The notes: generated by a model from the letters alone, not told the origin. A stretch of 64,000 bases of DNA from Dehalococcoidia bacterium (GCA_963667465.2 CAXXDN010000002.1:256001-320000), one strand, 5' to 3'. Shown: positions 19,396 through 29,991, counted from the first letter of the stretch. Numbers and translations: made by a program.

Positions 19396-20478
19396 CTACT
19401 CGAAGACGATCACCTGGCGGGCGACCTCGCCCTGGTTCATCGCCTCGAACATGTCGTTGACCTCCTCGAGCTCACCGCGGCGCGTGATCATCTCGTCGAG
19501 CTTGAGGCGGCCCTGCATGTAGAGCTCGATCAGCTTCGGCATGTCGACGCGGAACTTGTTCGAGCCCATCGTGGTGGCGCGGATCGTCTTCTCGCCGGAC
19601 AGCATCCGCCCGCCGAGCGCGATCGTCTCGTTGGCCGGGACCACGCCGATGATCGTCGCCATGCCGCCGAGGCCGAGCGACTGCACGCACTGCAGCGCGA
19701 CGGTGGCGTTGCCGATCGCCTCGAAGGAGTAGTCGACGCCGCCGCCGCTGAGCCGCCGCACGGCGGCGACGGGGTCCTCCTCGGAGGCGTTGACGCCGTG
19801 CGTTGCGCCGAACTCGCGGGCCGTGCCCAGCTTCGACTCCAGCAGGTCGACGGCGATGATCTCGCGTGCGCCGGAGAGGTAGGCGCCCTGCACGGCGGAG
19901 AGCCCCACGCCCCCGACGCCAAAGACGGCGACGCTCGACCCGGGCTTCACCTGCGCGGCGTTGAGCACCGCGCCGACGCCCGTGATCACGCCGCAACCGA
20001 CCAGCGAGGCGACATCGAGCGGCATGTCGTCGCGCACCTTCACGACGCCGCGCTCGCTGAGCAGCATCCACTCCGCGAAGCTGGCGATGTTGGAGACGGA
20101 GTTGTGGACGCGCTCGCCGTTGAGCGTGATCCGTGGCGGGTCGTCGAGCGTGCGGAAGGGCTTGTCGATGCAGCGGTTGGGGTGGCCGGTCAGGCACTCG
20201 TTGCACTCGCCGCAGAAGGCGGAGCCGCAAGCAATCACGTGGTCGCCCGGCTGCACGTACGTCACCTTCGAGCCGACCGCCTCGACGACGCCCGCGGCCT
20301 CGTGCCCGAGGATCGCCGGCGTGCGCATCGGCATCAGATCCTCGATGTAGTGCAGGTCCGAGTGGCAGACGCCGGAGGCCGAGGTGCGGACCAGGATCTC
20401 GCGGTCGCCCGGTTCGTCGATCTCGACCTGCTCGATGGTCAAGGGCTCGTGCACGCCGTGCATGATCGCGGCCTTCAT
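19396..20478 (-). CDS. Zn-dependent alcohol dehydrogenase (MDR)
   Basis: CHSD, GHE, CGECNECLTGHPNRC, GVGGVG. Confidence 0.93.
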   Translation of the reverse strand: MKAAIMHGVHEPLTIEQVEIDEPGDREILVRTSASGVCHSDLHYIEDLMPMRTPAILGHEAAGVVEAVGSKVTYVQPGDHVIACGSAFCGECNECLTGHPNRCIDKPFRTLDDPPRITLNGERVHNSVSNIASFAEWMLLSERGVVKVRDDMPLDVASLVGCGVITGVGAVLNAAQVKPGSSVAVFGVGGVGLSAVQGAYLSGAREIIAVDLLESKLGTAREFGATHGVNASEEDPVAAVRRLSGGGVDYSFEAIGNATVALQCVQSLGLGGMATIIGVVPANETIALGGRMLSGEKTIRATTMGSNKFRVDMPKLIELYMQGRLKLDEMITRRGELEEVNDMFEAMNQGEVARQVIVFE

Positions 20479-20785
20479 CGTTCGCTCCTCTCGCGCTCGG
20501 GCGGGCGAGCGCCGGTGGGGCTCAACTCGGTTCGGTCCCGATTGTAGGGGGTCGGGCCCTCGTGATCCGCGTGCGGATTGCGTCGCCGTGCGGTGGGGCT
20601 GCCTTCGGTAGCGTGGGACCGTCCGCGGGCACGGGGAGGGCGCTCATGCGATCGGGCCTGTTCGGGCTAGAATGCCCGCACCGGGCATGGAGCCGGTTCT
20701 GCGGCGATGCCTCGCTGGCTGTGCCACTCGTGAGGACGACCGGTCGGGACGAGTCCGCCTCCGCGGCGCCCGAAGGAATTGACCT

Positions 20786-22978
20786 TTGACTGATCTGTTG
20801 GCTCGCATCAGCGCGCGAAGGCCGTGGCTGACCATCGGCGCCTGGGTAGCGCTGCTCATCGTCGCCGGCGTGCTCAACGTGAACCTGCTGGAGAGTGCCA
20901 CGACCACCGAGTTGCGGCTGTCCCCCGGCTTCGAGTCTGAAGACACCCGGCGGCTCCTCGAGGAACGCTTCCCCGGCACCCAGCAGCCTCGCGAGGTGGT
21001 CGTCGTTCAGTCGGACTCGCTGACCATCGACGACCCGGCCTTCGGCGCGAAGGTCAGCGGGGTCTTCGCCGCTGTCGCCGGTCTCGGCACCGAGGTCGTG
21101 ACCGGTGGGCTGCACTACTTCCTCCTGCCCGATCCGCGGTTCGTTTCCGCCGATCGCAAGACGACGATCATCCTCTTCGAGATGGCGGGCTCGCTCGAGG
21201 ATGCCGAGCGCAACATCGAGCACGTCTTCGCCGCGATCGACGAGGTCAGTACGGATGACGGCTTCCGCGTTCTGATCGTGGGCTCCGCCAGCAGCTCCTA
21301 CGAGACCAACGAGTTCGCCACCCATGACCTGGAACAGGGCGAGCGCTTCGGGGTTCCGGTCGCGCTGCTCATCCTGCTCGTGCTCTTCGGCGCCGTCGTG
21401 GCGGCGCTCGTTCCGATCGGGCTCGCGATCGTGGGTATCGGGATCGCGCTCGGACTTGCCGCGCTGATTGGGCAGGTCTACGAGCTGGTGTTCTTCGTCA
21501 CGCTGATGATCACGATGATCGGCCTGGCAGTCGGCATCGACTACTCGCTGCTTATGATCTCGCGCTTCCGCGACGAGATGAATAAGGGCCTGCCCGTGGC
21601 CGAGGCCGTCGAGCGAACGGGCGCGACGGCGGGGCGGACGGTGCTGTTCAGCGGCGTCACGGTGGTGATCGCGCTGCTCGGACTCTTCATCGTGCCGATG
21701 GGCTTCTTTCGGTCTCTCGGTCTGGGCGCGGTGCTCGTGGTCATCGTCGAGCTGGCCGCCACGCTCACGTTGCTGCCGGCCGTGTTGATGCTGCTCGGCC
21801 CCAACGTGAACCGGCTGTCGATCCCTCTCGTCGGCAAGCGCGGCTCCGGGAGCGCGGAGTCCGCCGACGACTCGGGCGGCGGATTCTGGGACGTCACGAC
21901 GCGCCTCGTGACCCGCTTCCCCGTGATCGGCCTCCTCCTCGTCGGCATCCCGATGGTGGCGGTGACGCTCTTCTACTTCCAGATCGAGACGGGCCTGAAC
22001 GGTGTCGACAAGCTCCCCGAGGGCGCACGGACGCGCGAGGCGTTTCTCGCCCTCGAGGCCAACCCCTCGTTCTCCTTCGGCGTCGCCAACCCGGTCGAGA
22101 TCGCCATCGACGGCAATCCCCAGGACCCCCAGGTGCAGGCGGCCGTTGAGCGCCTGATCGCCTCGCTGGCCGCGCTCTCGCCGTCGGCGCCGGTGCTCCA
22201 GGTCAATCCGGAGGGCGACCTCGGGTTGCTGCAGGTCGTGTTGCCGGGCGAGCCGAGCAGCCCCGCCACGGTCGACGCGGTGAACACCATTCGCGACGAG
22301 CTCGTTCCCGCGGCGTTCGCCGACGCTCCGGCCACGGCTTCGGTGGGAGGCATCAGCTCGGTGGCGAGCGACGTCTTCGCGATCACGGACCGCTACACGC
22401 CGATCGTCTTCGCCTTCGTGCTCGGCTTCAGCTTCATCGTCCTGATGCTGGTCTTCCGCTCGATCGTGATTCCGGTGAAGGCCGTTTTCATGAACCTGCT
22501 GTCGGTCGGCGCCTCGTACGGAATCCTCGTGCTGGTGTTCCAGAAGAACGTGGGGAGGGAGCTCCTGGGGTTCCAGCACGCCGAGGTGATCGACGTGTGG
22601 ATCCCGCTGTTCCTGTTCGCGGTCCTGTTCGGGCTGTCCATGGACTACCACGTGTTCCTGCTGAGCCGCGTCCGCGAGCGCTACGACCAGACCGGCAACA
22701 ACGCCGAGGCCGTTGCCCGCGGGCTGCGCGAGACGACCGGGATCATCACCGGCGCCGCGCTGATCATGGTCGCCGTGTTCGGTGCGTTCGCTTCCGGGAA
22801 GACGATCGTGAACCAGCAGGTCGGGTTCGGTCTCGCCGTGGCGATCCTGCTCGACGCGACGCTCGTGAGATCCGTGCTCGTGCCGGCCAGCATGGAGCTG
22901 CTGGGCAGCCGCAACTGGTACCTGCCGTCGTGGCTCGAATGGCTGCCCGGCGTGCGGGTCGAGCCGGTCGAGGAGTAG
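20786..22978 (+). CDS. MMPL/RND family transporter
   Basis: GLAVGIDYSL, GRTVLFSG, GLSMDYHVFL, DATLVRSVLVP. Confidence 0.93.
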   Translation: MTDLLARISARRPWLTIGAWVALLIVAGVLNVNLLESATTTELRLSPGFESEDTRRLLEERFPGTQQPREVVVVQSDSLTIDDPAFGAKVSGVFAAVAGLGTEVVTGGLHYFLLPDPRFVSADRKTTIILFEMAGSLEDAERNIEHVFAAIDEVSTDDGFRVLIVGSASSSYETNEFATHDLEQGERFGVPVALLILLVLFGAVVAALVPIGLAIVGIGIALGLAALIGQVYELVFFVTLMITMIGLAVGIDYSLLMISRFRDEMNKGLPVAEAVERTGATAGRTVLFSGVTVVIALLGLFIVPMGFFRSLGLGAVLVVIVELAATLTLLPAVLMLLGPNVNRLSIPLVGKRGSGSAESADDSGGGFWDVTTRLVTRFPVIGLLLVGIPMVAVTLFYFQIETGLNGVDKLPEGARTREAFLALEANPSFSFGVANPVEIAIDGNPQDPQVQAAVERLIASLAALSPSAPVLQVNPEGDLGLLQVVLPGEPSSPATVDAVNTIRDELVPAAFADAPATASVGGISSVASDVFAITDRYTPIVFAFVLGFSFIVLMLVFRSIVIPVKAVFMNLLSVGASYGILVLVFQKNVGRELLGFQHAEVIDVWIPLFLFAVLFGLSMDYHVFLLSRVRERYDQTGNNAEAVARGLRETTGIITGAALIMVAVFGAFASGKTIVNQQVGFGLAVAILLDATLVRSVLVPASMELLGSRNWYLPSWLEWLPGVRVEPVEE

Positions 22979-23226
22979 GGCGGCTCAGAGCACACAACCC
23001 AGCCGCGCACGCCATCGGGCTGCGGTGCGAACGGTGGCTCCACACCTCGCGCTTGCGGCGCGCCAGAGCCGGCGCGCGATGCTGATCCGGACCTCCCCCC
23101 GAACTGTCTGCAACAGGGACCATTCTCGGCCTGTGGTACCCTCGTGACGGTGCTGTGCTATGCGGGGCCTCCGGCGATCCAGCCGGGCGAGGGTAGGTAC
23201 GACTTCGGAGTGAAACGAGGATTGGC

Positions 23227-24465
23227 GTGGTGCGGAGGCCCTCCACGACCCGTGAGGCAAGCGCCACGAACGCTCGCGCGAGCCTCGAAGATCTCGTCCT
23301 CCCTACCGACTACCGGACGAATGTCGAACGGGCGCTGGCCTTCGACCCCGTGGGCGCGGCGAACTACCTCGAACACACGTTGATAGGCGATCCGGCAGCC
23401 GATGATTTGACCGACGCGCTCTCGGATCTCGACCCCCAGGAGTCGAGGCGGATCCTCCGTCGCGCGATGGACGCCGAGGATCCGCGCGACCTTCGCGAGC
23501 TGCCGGTGCTGCGGGACTTCTTCGAGGAGATCTCGGTCCCTCCGGACTGGGTGAACGAAGCTGACTTCAGCCCGGGCATTCGCGCGTTCCACAGGAATTC
23601 GCGACTGGTGATGGGCGCGATGGTGGGCGGCACGCTTGTCGAGGCGTTCTCCACCAACATCAGCAAGTCGTTCTTCTTCACCGGACGGGTGCGGGATCAA
23701 GGCGTGCGGCGGCTGCGCCAGAACAACCGCCACATGATCGAGATCTTCCTGCCCGGCGGCATGGAGCGAGGCGGCGACGGCTGGAAGCTCGCGGTCCGGA
23801 TCCGACTCGTGCACGCGCGCGTGAGACGTCTCCTCGACGACGCCGAGGACTGGGACCACGACGCATGGGGCAGGCCGATCAGTTCCGCGCATGTGGGCTA
23901 CGCGATCACCGCGTTCTCGGCGAGACTGCTTAAGCATCTGCGGAGCCTTGGCGCTGTCTTCGACGAGGAAGAGCGTGCGAGCTTCATGCAGGTGTGGCGC
24001 TACTCCGGTCACCTGATGGGCATCCCGGACACGATCCTCTTCCGCGACGAAGCGGAAGCACTGAGGCTCTTCGAGGTCGGCACGATCTGCGAGCCGGAGC
24101 CCAGCATCGAGGCGATCGCGATGGCGAGTTCGCTCGTGAACTCCGCCCCGCTGATCATCGGCATTGACGAGCCAGGTGAGCGCCAGCGCCTCGCCAGGTA
24201 CGTGTTCACGATCTCGCGGGCGCTGATCGGCAAGGAGCTCGCGGACCAGCTCCATTACCCCGCCAGCCCGACGTTCGGAGTGCTGGCGTGGTTCCGGCTG
24301 CAGGAGCGCTACCAGCGCCTCGTGGGCAAGCTCTTCCCGCAACGCATCCAGCAAAGCAGCTTAAGCATGTTCACTTCGCTCCTCGACGCCTCCGGATACG
24401 ACGAGGGCGGGATCACCTACGGGTTGCCTGACCACGCTCACGCCGAGGAGTCCAGCCACTGGTAG
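23227..24465 (+). CDS. MpaB/Lcp-like heme oxygenase (DUF2236)
   Basis: GDPAADD, PDWV, RIRLVHARVR, WGRPIS, WRYSGHLMGI. Confidence 0.8.
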   Translation: MVRRPSTTREASATNARASLEDLVLPTDYRTNVERALAFDPVGAANYLEHTLIGDPAADDLTDALSDLDPQESRRILRRAMDAEDPRDLRELPVLRDFFEEISVPPDWVNEADFSPGIRAFHRNSRLVMGAMVGGTLVEAFSTNISKSFFFTGRVRDQGVRRLRQNNRHMIEIFLPGGMERGGDGWKLAVRIRLVHARVRRLLDDAEDWDHDAWGRPISSAHVGYAITAFSARLLKHLRSLGAVFDEEERASFMQVWRYSGHLMGIPDTILFRDEAEALRLFEVGTICEPEPSIEAIAMASSLVNSAPLIIGIDEPGERQRLARYVFTISRALIGKELADQLHYPASPTFGVLAWFRLQERYQRLVGKLFPQRIQQSSLSMFTSLLDASGYDEGGITYGLPDHAHAEESSHW

Positions 24466-24817
24466 GCGAGCCTCGCGGGCTCCAGCAGTTGCGATGGGGC
24501 GCGCGCCCTTCGCGGCAGGGAACGTCGCGTGGCAGCCATGTAGAGCGCCAGGTACCCGCCAGCAGTCCGGCCGCGACGAGGAACGCTCCCTGGAAGCCGT
24601 TCCTGTCGGCAATCAGGAACCCCCCGGACGGGCCCAACGCCGCTCCCAGGTCCAGCCAGGTCCAGCAGGTCGCGTACCGGCCCATGACGGCGGCGCGTGT
24701 GGCAGCGGGCGATGTCGCTGCCACAGACAGCACGACATACATCAGAGAGCCGCCCATGATGACCGTGGCGGCAGGGGACACCGCGTACATCATGCCGGCC
24801 GGAATGGTCGATCTCAT
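24438..24817 (-). pseudogene. C-terminal remnant of an MFS transporter
   Basis: RAAVMGRYAT..WLDLGAALGPSGGFLIAD..GFQGAF covers only the last helices; 10-bp tandem duplication at 24646-24665. Confidence 0.55.
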
Positions 24818-24930
24818 GCGCGTCCCCGGGCGCGGCCTCGCTGACTCCTGCGGGAGGACTCCGCGGGAAGTCGGAGGCCAGCACGGGCAAGCAACCTGCG
24901 AACGGTGAAGTCACCGACCGTCGCGGCCAG

Positions 24931-25389
24931 TCAGAACCCGTCCCAGCCGGGCAGGGCGGCCGCCTGCCGGACCCACTCGGCCAGCCGCTCCTCGTCGAGC
25001 TCGCCCTCGTGGATGTCGATCCAGCGCGAGTCCGGGTCTTTGCCGGAGCCGGGTGGTACGGGGTTCAGCGACGCGCCCTGGAGGAAGGTGACCTTCACGT
25101 ATCGGGTGAAGACGTGGTAGCTCACGAACCACCCTTCGCCCTCGACGCCGTACCACGGCGAGTTCCACCTCACGGCCTTCCGCACGTCAGGCACATTGCT
25201 CACGATCAGGTCGTCGAGGCGCCGCCCGAGATCGCTCTTCCAGTCCGGCATGGCCGCGATGTAGGCCTGCACGGGGGCGTCGCCGTCCCCCTTCGGGATC
25301 TGCGGATTGCCGCCCGAGAGGAGCTTCGGGTTCGCCGGGGCGACCCACTCCGAAGCCTTCGCTGTTCCCCTCGATGTCTTGTCGGCCAT
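24931..25389 (-). CDS. DUF1801 domain protein
   Basis: VQAYIAAMPDWK, KAVRWNSPWY, WVRQAA. Confidence 0.85.
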   Translation of the reverse strand: MADKTSRGTAKASEWVAPANPKLLSGGNPQIPKGDGDAPVQAYIAAMPDWKSDLGRRLDDLIVSNVPDVRKAVRWNSPWYGVEGEGWFVSYHVFTRYVKVTFLQGASLNPVPPGSGKDPDSRWIDIHEGELDEERLAEWVRQAAALPGWDGF

Positions 25390-25468
25390 TGCACTTGCTC
25401 CATGCGCGCTTCGTGCGGCTCTTCGGCAGCGGTCGGCGGCACGGGCGCGAACGGGAGCATCCGTGTGA

Positions 25469-25624
25469 TCACCTACCGTGTCGGCCCCAGGCGGCGCCGA
25501 GCGCTATGCCCACGGCAACTCCAATCGCCACGCCGACGCCGATGTTCCCGAGTAGCGCGCCTATGCCTACGCCTGCTCCAGCTCCGAGAGCGATGTAGAT
25601 TCCGAGGTTCTTGTTTGCGCGCAT
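25469..25624 (-). CDS. 51-aa glycine-zipper membrane peptide
   Basis: GxxxG series LGAGAGVGIGALLGNIGVGVAIGVAVG; SD AGGAG. Confidence 0.7.
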   Translation of the reverse strand: MRANKNLGIYIALGAGAGVGIGALLGNIGVGVAIGVAVGIALGAAWGRHGR

Positions 25625-25693
25625 GATCTGTCTCCTTTGCGCGCATGCTCTGTCGCCCCGTTGAACTGCGGAAGTTTGCGGTTCAGTGCGGGA

Positions 25694-25769
25694 TGGTGGA
25701 CCTGAGGGGGCTCGAACCCCTGACCTCCACACTGCCAGTGTGGCGCTCTCCCAGCTGAGCTACAGGCCC
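25694..25769 (-). tRNA. tRNA-Ala(GGC)
   Basis: 76-nt cloverleaf GGGCCTGTAGCTCAG...GTTCGAG...GGTCCACCA, anticodon GGC, G3:U70, encoded CCA. Confidence 0.98.
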
Positions 25770-25867
25770 GCTTCACCAAGTCTAGCGCGAACCCGCGACA
25801 GGTGCGCGAGGCAGGCCCGCCGCTCCTAGAATGCCCGCAAGGGCGCGAGGGGGAGCAAGGGGCGACC

Positions 25868-26386
25868 ATGCGCGATCGCATCCGGATCGAGCAGGGCGAC
25901 ATCACGCAGCAGCAAGTCGACGCCATCGTCAACGCAGCCAACAACTCGCTGCTCGGTGGTGGTGGCGTGGACGGCGCGATCCACCGCGCCGCAGGGCCCG
26001 AACTGCTCGAGGCCTGCCGCGAGATCGGCGGCTGCCCCACCGGTGAGGCGTGCATCACCTACGGCTACAACCTCGCAGCGACGTACGTGATCCACACCGT
26101 CGGGCCGATCTGGGCCGGCGGCGATCAGGGCGAGGCGGACCTGCTCGCCAATGCCTACCGCGGCAGCCTGGAACTCGCCTGCGACCACGATGCCGCGACC
26201 GTCGCTTTCCCTGCGATCAGCACAGGTGCGTATGGCTTCCCGCTACAGCGGGCAACGCGCATCGCGATCGCCGAGACGCTTGCGTTCCTCGAAGGCAGCG
26301 AGTTGCCCGAGACAGTCACGTTCGTCTGCTTCGATCTGGCGACGCGCGCGGTCTATGAGTCCGTGCTCGGCGAGCTCTCGGCCTGA
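25868..26386 (+). CDS. ymdB: Macro-domain O-acetyl-ADP-ribose deacetylase
   Basis: [32 protein letters not shown]. Confidence 0.92.
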   Translation: MRDRIRIEQGDITQQQVDAIVNAANNSLLGGGGVDGAIHRAAGPELLEACREIGGCPTGEACITYGYNLAATYVIHTVGPIWAGGDQGEADLLANAYRGSLELACDHDAATVAFPAISTGAYGFPLQRATRIAIAETLAFLEGSELPETVTFVCFDLATRAVYESVLGELSA

Positions 26387-26396
26387 GCGCACCCGG

Positions 26397-27143
26397 TCAG
26401 GCCAGCGGACGCTTGCTCGGGATGCCGGGGCGGCGCGGGTAACGCTCCGACAGCGCACCGCCGCGACGCACGAGGATCACCAGCTGCGGCACGGCTCCCT
26501 CCGGCAGTGAGAGTGGGAGCGGATCGAGGGCGTGACCGCCGAGCGCCTCAATCGCTGCCTCCGCGTCGCGCAGCTCGTCGCGTGCGCGGCTGCCCTTCGG
26601 CGCGGCGAGGATCCCGCCCGGCCGCAGCAGCGGCAGCGCGTACTCCACCAGCACCGGCAGCGGTGCGACGGCACGGGCGACGGCCAGGTCGAAGCCCTCG
26701 CGCAGCTCCGGGTCGCGGCCGGCCTCCTCGGCGCGCATCCGCCGCACGGCGACACCGTCGAGCGCGAGTTCGGCGATGACGGTTTCGAGGAACTCGCAGC
26801 GCCGGCCGTGCGACTCGACCAGGGTCAGCGCCAGCGCCGGGTCGGCGAGCCCCATTGGGATGCCCGGCACCCCCGCGCCGCTTCCGATGTCGACGACGGC
26901 ACGGCTCACGCCCGCCTCGATGATGCCTGCCTCGCGCAGCGCCACGAGCAGTGCGAGCGACTCGCCGAAGAGCCGCTGCTGGATGGTGGGGGCGTCGCGG
27001 ATCGCGGTCACGCCCGCCCGCGCGCGCCACTCCTCGATCAGTGCGAGGTAGCGCCCGAAGCGATCCAGGGCCTCCGTGCCAGGTTCGAGGCCGAGGCGGG
27101 ACAGCTCCGATCGGAGCGGGTCGAGGTGCTCCGTTGTTGACAT
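26397..27143 (-). CDS. rsmG: 16S rRNA m7G527 methyltransferase
   Basis: DIGSGAGVPG, RAEE, ARAVA, YPRRPGIP. Confidence 0.92.
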   Translation of the reverse strand: MSTTEHLDPLRSELSRLGLEPGTEALDRFGRYLALIEEWRARAGVTAIRDAPTIQQRLFGESLALLVALREAGIIEAGVSRAVVDIGSGAGVPGIPMGLADPALALTLVESHGRRCEFLETVIAELALDGVAVRRMRAEEAGRDPELREGFDLAVARAVAPLPVLVEYALPLLRPGGILAAPKGSRARDELRDAEAAIEALGGHALDPLPLSLPEGAVPQLVILVRRGGALSERYPRRPGIPSKRPLA

Positions 27144-27249
27144 GCGCGCTTGCCGATCTTCTACACTGCTTGGGCCGGGCACGACCGAGTATCCGGAACG
27201 GCGGGACGCCCGGAGCGCCCTCACACCGAACGAGCAGGAGGCACCGGCC

Positions 27250-28083
27250 ATGGCCGAGGCTATCAGCGCGGGCGATGCTGGCGCACACTTCCTCAACGCG
27301 CTCGAGGCTGAGAAGGCGCGCGAGGAGCGCGCCGAGATTGACCGTTTCATCGAGTGGCTCGGCGCTGACCACCTGATGGGCGACCTCACCGCCGACCAGA
27401 TCGGCGAGTACCTGCGCGAGCGTTTCCCCGAGGCGTTCGCGACCGACGACAATCCGGCGGAGCTCGACGACGAGATGAGCACGCTGCTGGAGCCGCTGCG
27501 CGCCTTCCTCGCGTACGCCTCGCGGCTGGCTTTCACCGATGAGAATCTTGTGCCCGCCCTGCGGCTGCGCGAGGGCGGTGGCGGCGCGCGCGGTGGCGCC
27601 GGCGCCGCCGCCGAACTGGGCGGCGCCTACTACGTCACGATCGAGGGCCTGGAGTCGCTGGAGCAGGAGCTCGAGGAGTTGAAGGCGCGCCGTCCCGAGA
27701 TCGCCGAGTCGCTGCGCGCGGCGATGGCGGACAAGGACTTCCGCGAGAACGCTCCGCTCGACGCCGCGCGCGATGCACAGGCGCACCTCGAGGCGCGCAT
27801 CCGCGCGATCGAGGACCAGCTGCGCCATGCCGTGATCATCGATCCGGAGACGAAGCGGGGCCGCGCCAACGTCGGCTCCACCGTGAAGGTGCTGAACCTC
27901 AACCTGGACAGCGAGCAGACCTTCCAGCTCGTCAGCCCCAGCGAAGTCAACCCCGCCAGCGGCAAGATCTCCGTCGAGTCGCCCGTCGGCCTCGCCGTCA
28001 TCAACCAGCGCCCCGGCGACGAGGTGCTGGTGCACGCGCCCGCCGGCCAGTTGCGCCTGCGCGTCCTCGAGGTGGAGGGCTAG
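27250..28083 (+). CDS. greA: GreA with N-terminal helical extension
   Basis: KDFRENAPL keeps the D/E pair; KISVESPVG; ~125-aa extra N-terminal domain. Confidence 0.87.
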   Translation: MAEAISAGDAGAHFLNALEAEKAREERAEIDRFIEWLGADHLMGDLTADQIGEYLRERFPEAFATDDNPAELDDEMSTLLEPLRAFLAYASRLAFTDENLVPALRLREGGGGARGGAGAAAELGGAYYVTIEGLESLEQELEELKARRPEIAESLRAAMADKDFRENAPLDAARDAQAHLEARIRAIEDQLRHAVIIDPETKRGRANVGSTVKVLNLNLDSEQTFQLVSPSEVNPASGKISVESPVGLAVINQRPGDEVLVHAPAGQLRLRVLEVEG

Positions 28084-28180
28084 CGGGCAGGCGCAGCGGC
28101 CTCCGACCAACCATCAGGCAGGTTCGGTCAGCGTAGAATGCGCGCGCGCGCCGCTGATGCGCGTGATGCGGAGGTTCCTC

Positions 28181-29251
28181 GTGAGAGTTCTGGTGATGGG
28201 CGGCACACGGTTCAACGGACTCCATCTCGTCCAGGAACTGGTCAAGCACGGACACGAGGTCACGACCTTCAATCGCGGCATCACGCAGGCCGTGCTGCCG
28301 CCCGGGGTGCGCCGCCTCCACGGCGACCGCACCGACCACGAGGCGATGCGCGAGGTCTTCGCCGATGAGGAGTTCGACTGCATCCAGGACATGAGCGCGT
28401 ACACGACCGACGACGTACGCAGCATGGACGAAATCTTCCACGGACGGACCGGGCATTACATCTTCGCCAGCTCCACCGCGATCTACGCGCACGCGAAAAT
28501 CCTGCCGATCCGCGAGACCCACCCGGTGGACCTGTCAGAGAAGCAGATCGAGTACGGGCGCAACAAGATCGCGTGCGAGCAGTACCTCACGCGCGCGTAC
28601 CGGGACCATGGGTTCCCGGCCTCGATGGTGCCGTTCGCCTCGGTCTTCGGGCCGCACAACATGATCAGGGACCGCGAGCAGCGGATGTTCGTGCGCCTGC
28701 TGCAGGGGCGGCCCGCGCTGGTCCCCGGGGACGGCACCACGCTCGGCCAGATCGGCCACGTCGACGACGAGGCGAAGGCGCTGCGCATGATGATGCTCAA
28801 CCCCAACACCTTCGGGAAGCGCTACAACCTCACTGGCAAGGACTACTTCACCGACGAGGGCTACATCGACACGATCGCGGACGTGATCGGCGTGACGCCT
28901 GAGAAGATCTCCGTCCCCGCGGCGCTCATGAACGACCTCTGGGCGGACAAGCTCCCGCTCGGCGGTGGGCCGCTCGTCGATCGCCGAGGCGCCGGGGGCG
29001 GGGCTTGGCTGACGCGGGTCTCGCAGCTGGTGCAGCGCTCCGCGCCGAACATCCACCCCTGGAACCAGAACGTCATCTTCTCGATCGACCGTCTGATGAA
29101 GGAGATCAACTGGGAGCCGGAGTACAACTTCCGCTCCGCCGTCGAGCAGACCTTCGAGTGGTTCATGAGCGAAGGCCTCGACAAGACACTCGCCGAGGAG
29201 CTCGACTTCTCGCTCGAGGAGCTGCTGCTCGAACGCATCCGCAGCGGGTAG
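28181..29251 (+). CDS. NAD-dependent epimerase/dehydratase family
   Basis: GGTRFNG, FASSTAIY, YGRNK. Confidence 0.88.
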   Translation: MRVLVMGGTRFNGLHLVQELVKHGHEVTTFNRGITQAVLPPGVRRLHGDRTDHEAMREVFADEEFDCIQDMSAYTTDDVRSMDEIFHGRTGHYIFASSTAIYAHAKILPIRETHPVDLSEKQIEYGRNKIACEQYLTRAYRDHGFPASMVPFASVFGPHNMIRDREQRMFVRLLQGRPALVPGDGTTLGQIGHVDDEAKALRMMMLNPNTFGKRYNLTGKDYFTDEGYIDTIADVIGVTPEKISVPAALMNDLWADKLPLGGGPLVDRRGAGGGAWLTRVSQLVQRSAPNIHPWNQNVIFSIDRLMKEINWEPEYNFRSAVEQTFEWFMSEGLDKTLAEELDFSLEELLLERIRSG

Positions 29252-29319
29252 CAGCCGCCCTCCGGTCGCCCTCCCGCTGATACGCTGGTTGCGACGGCAA
29301 ACGAGGCAGGCAATGGCCG

Positions 29320-29991
29320 ATGGACGAACGAACCTCCGGAACGGCGCGACAGGCGGGCGGTGATCGAGGCGCGGCCGCCTTCGGGGCGCGCGTGCTCTCA
29401 CGAGGGCGTTTCCTCGGACTGCTCGCGGGCGGCGCGGTGGCGGGCTGGGCTGCGGTGAAGGTGCTTGGCTCCCTGACCGGTGGCTGGCGCATCAACACCG
29501 TCGAGCAGCCACGGCCGCAGTTCGACGCCACCGCCTACCGCCTCACCATCGACGGCCTCGTCGGGCAGCCGCTCACGCTCAGCTACGGCGAGTTGCTCGC
29601 GCTGCCCGCCGTGCGGCAGGTCAGCGACTTCCACTGCGTCGAGGGCTGGGGTGTCGATGACGTGCAGTGGGACGGCGTCTCGCTGCAGACGATCACGGAC
29701 CTCGTGAAGCCCTCGCCGGAGGCAGGCTTCATCACCTTCCATTCGCTCGGCGAGATTTACCGCGATTCACTCACGATGGAGCAGGCGCTGCTGCCGGACG
29801 CGCTGGTCGCCTACCGCATGAACGGCGCGGAGCTGCCCCCTGATCATGGCCCGCCCGCCCGGCTGATCATGCCGCGCATGTACGGCTACAAGGGCCCGAA
29901 GTGGCTCACCCGCATCGAGTTCCGCGACCGTCGCGACATCGGCTACTGGGAGGAGCGCGGCTGGCGCGTCGACGCATGGATCGAGGCCTGA
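29320..29991 (+). CDS. Sulfite-oxidase-family molybdopterin oxidoreductase (MsrP/YuiH-like)
   Basis: DFHCVEGW, HGPPARL, YGYKGPKWL, GYWEERG; degenerate Tat-like SRGRFL. Confidence 0.88.
   Translation: MDERTSGTARQAGGDRGAAAFGARVLSRGRFLGLLAGGAVAGWAAVKVLGSLTGGWRINTVEQPRPQFDATAYRLTIDGLVGQPLTLSYGELLALPAVRQVSDFHCVEGWGVDDVQWDGVSLQTITDLVKPSPEAGFITFHSLGEIYRDSLTMEQALLPDALVAYRMNGAELPPDHGPPARLIMPRMYGYKGPKWLTRIEFRDRRDIGYWEERGWRVDAWIEA

Noticed and set aside
20480-20785. 300-bp intergenic region as a riboswitch
   Set aside because: No recognisable riboswitch consensus; explained by divergent promoters
25694-25769. tRNA-Ala as the att site of an intact prophage or ICE
   Set aside because: No integrase and no duplicated tRNA 3' end seen in the window
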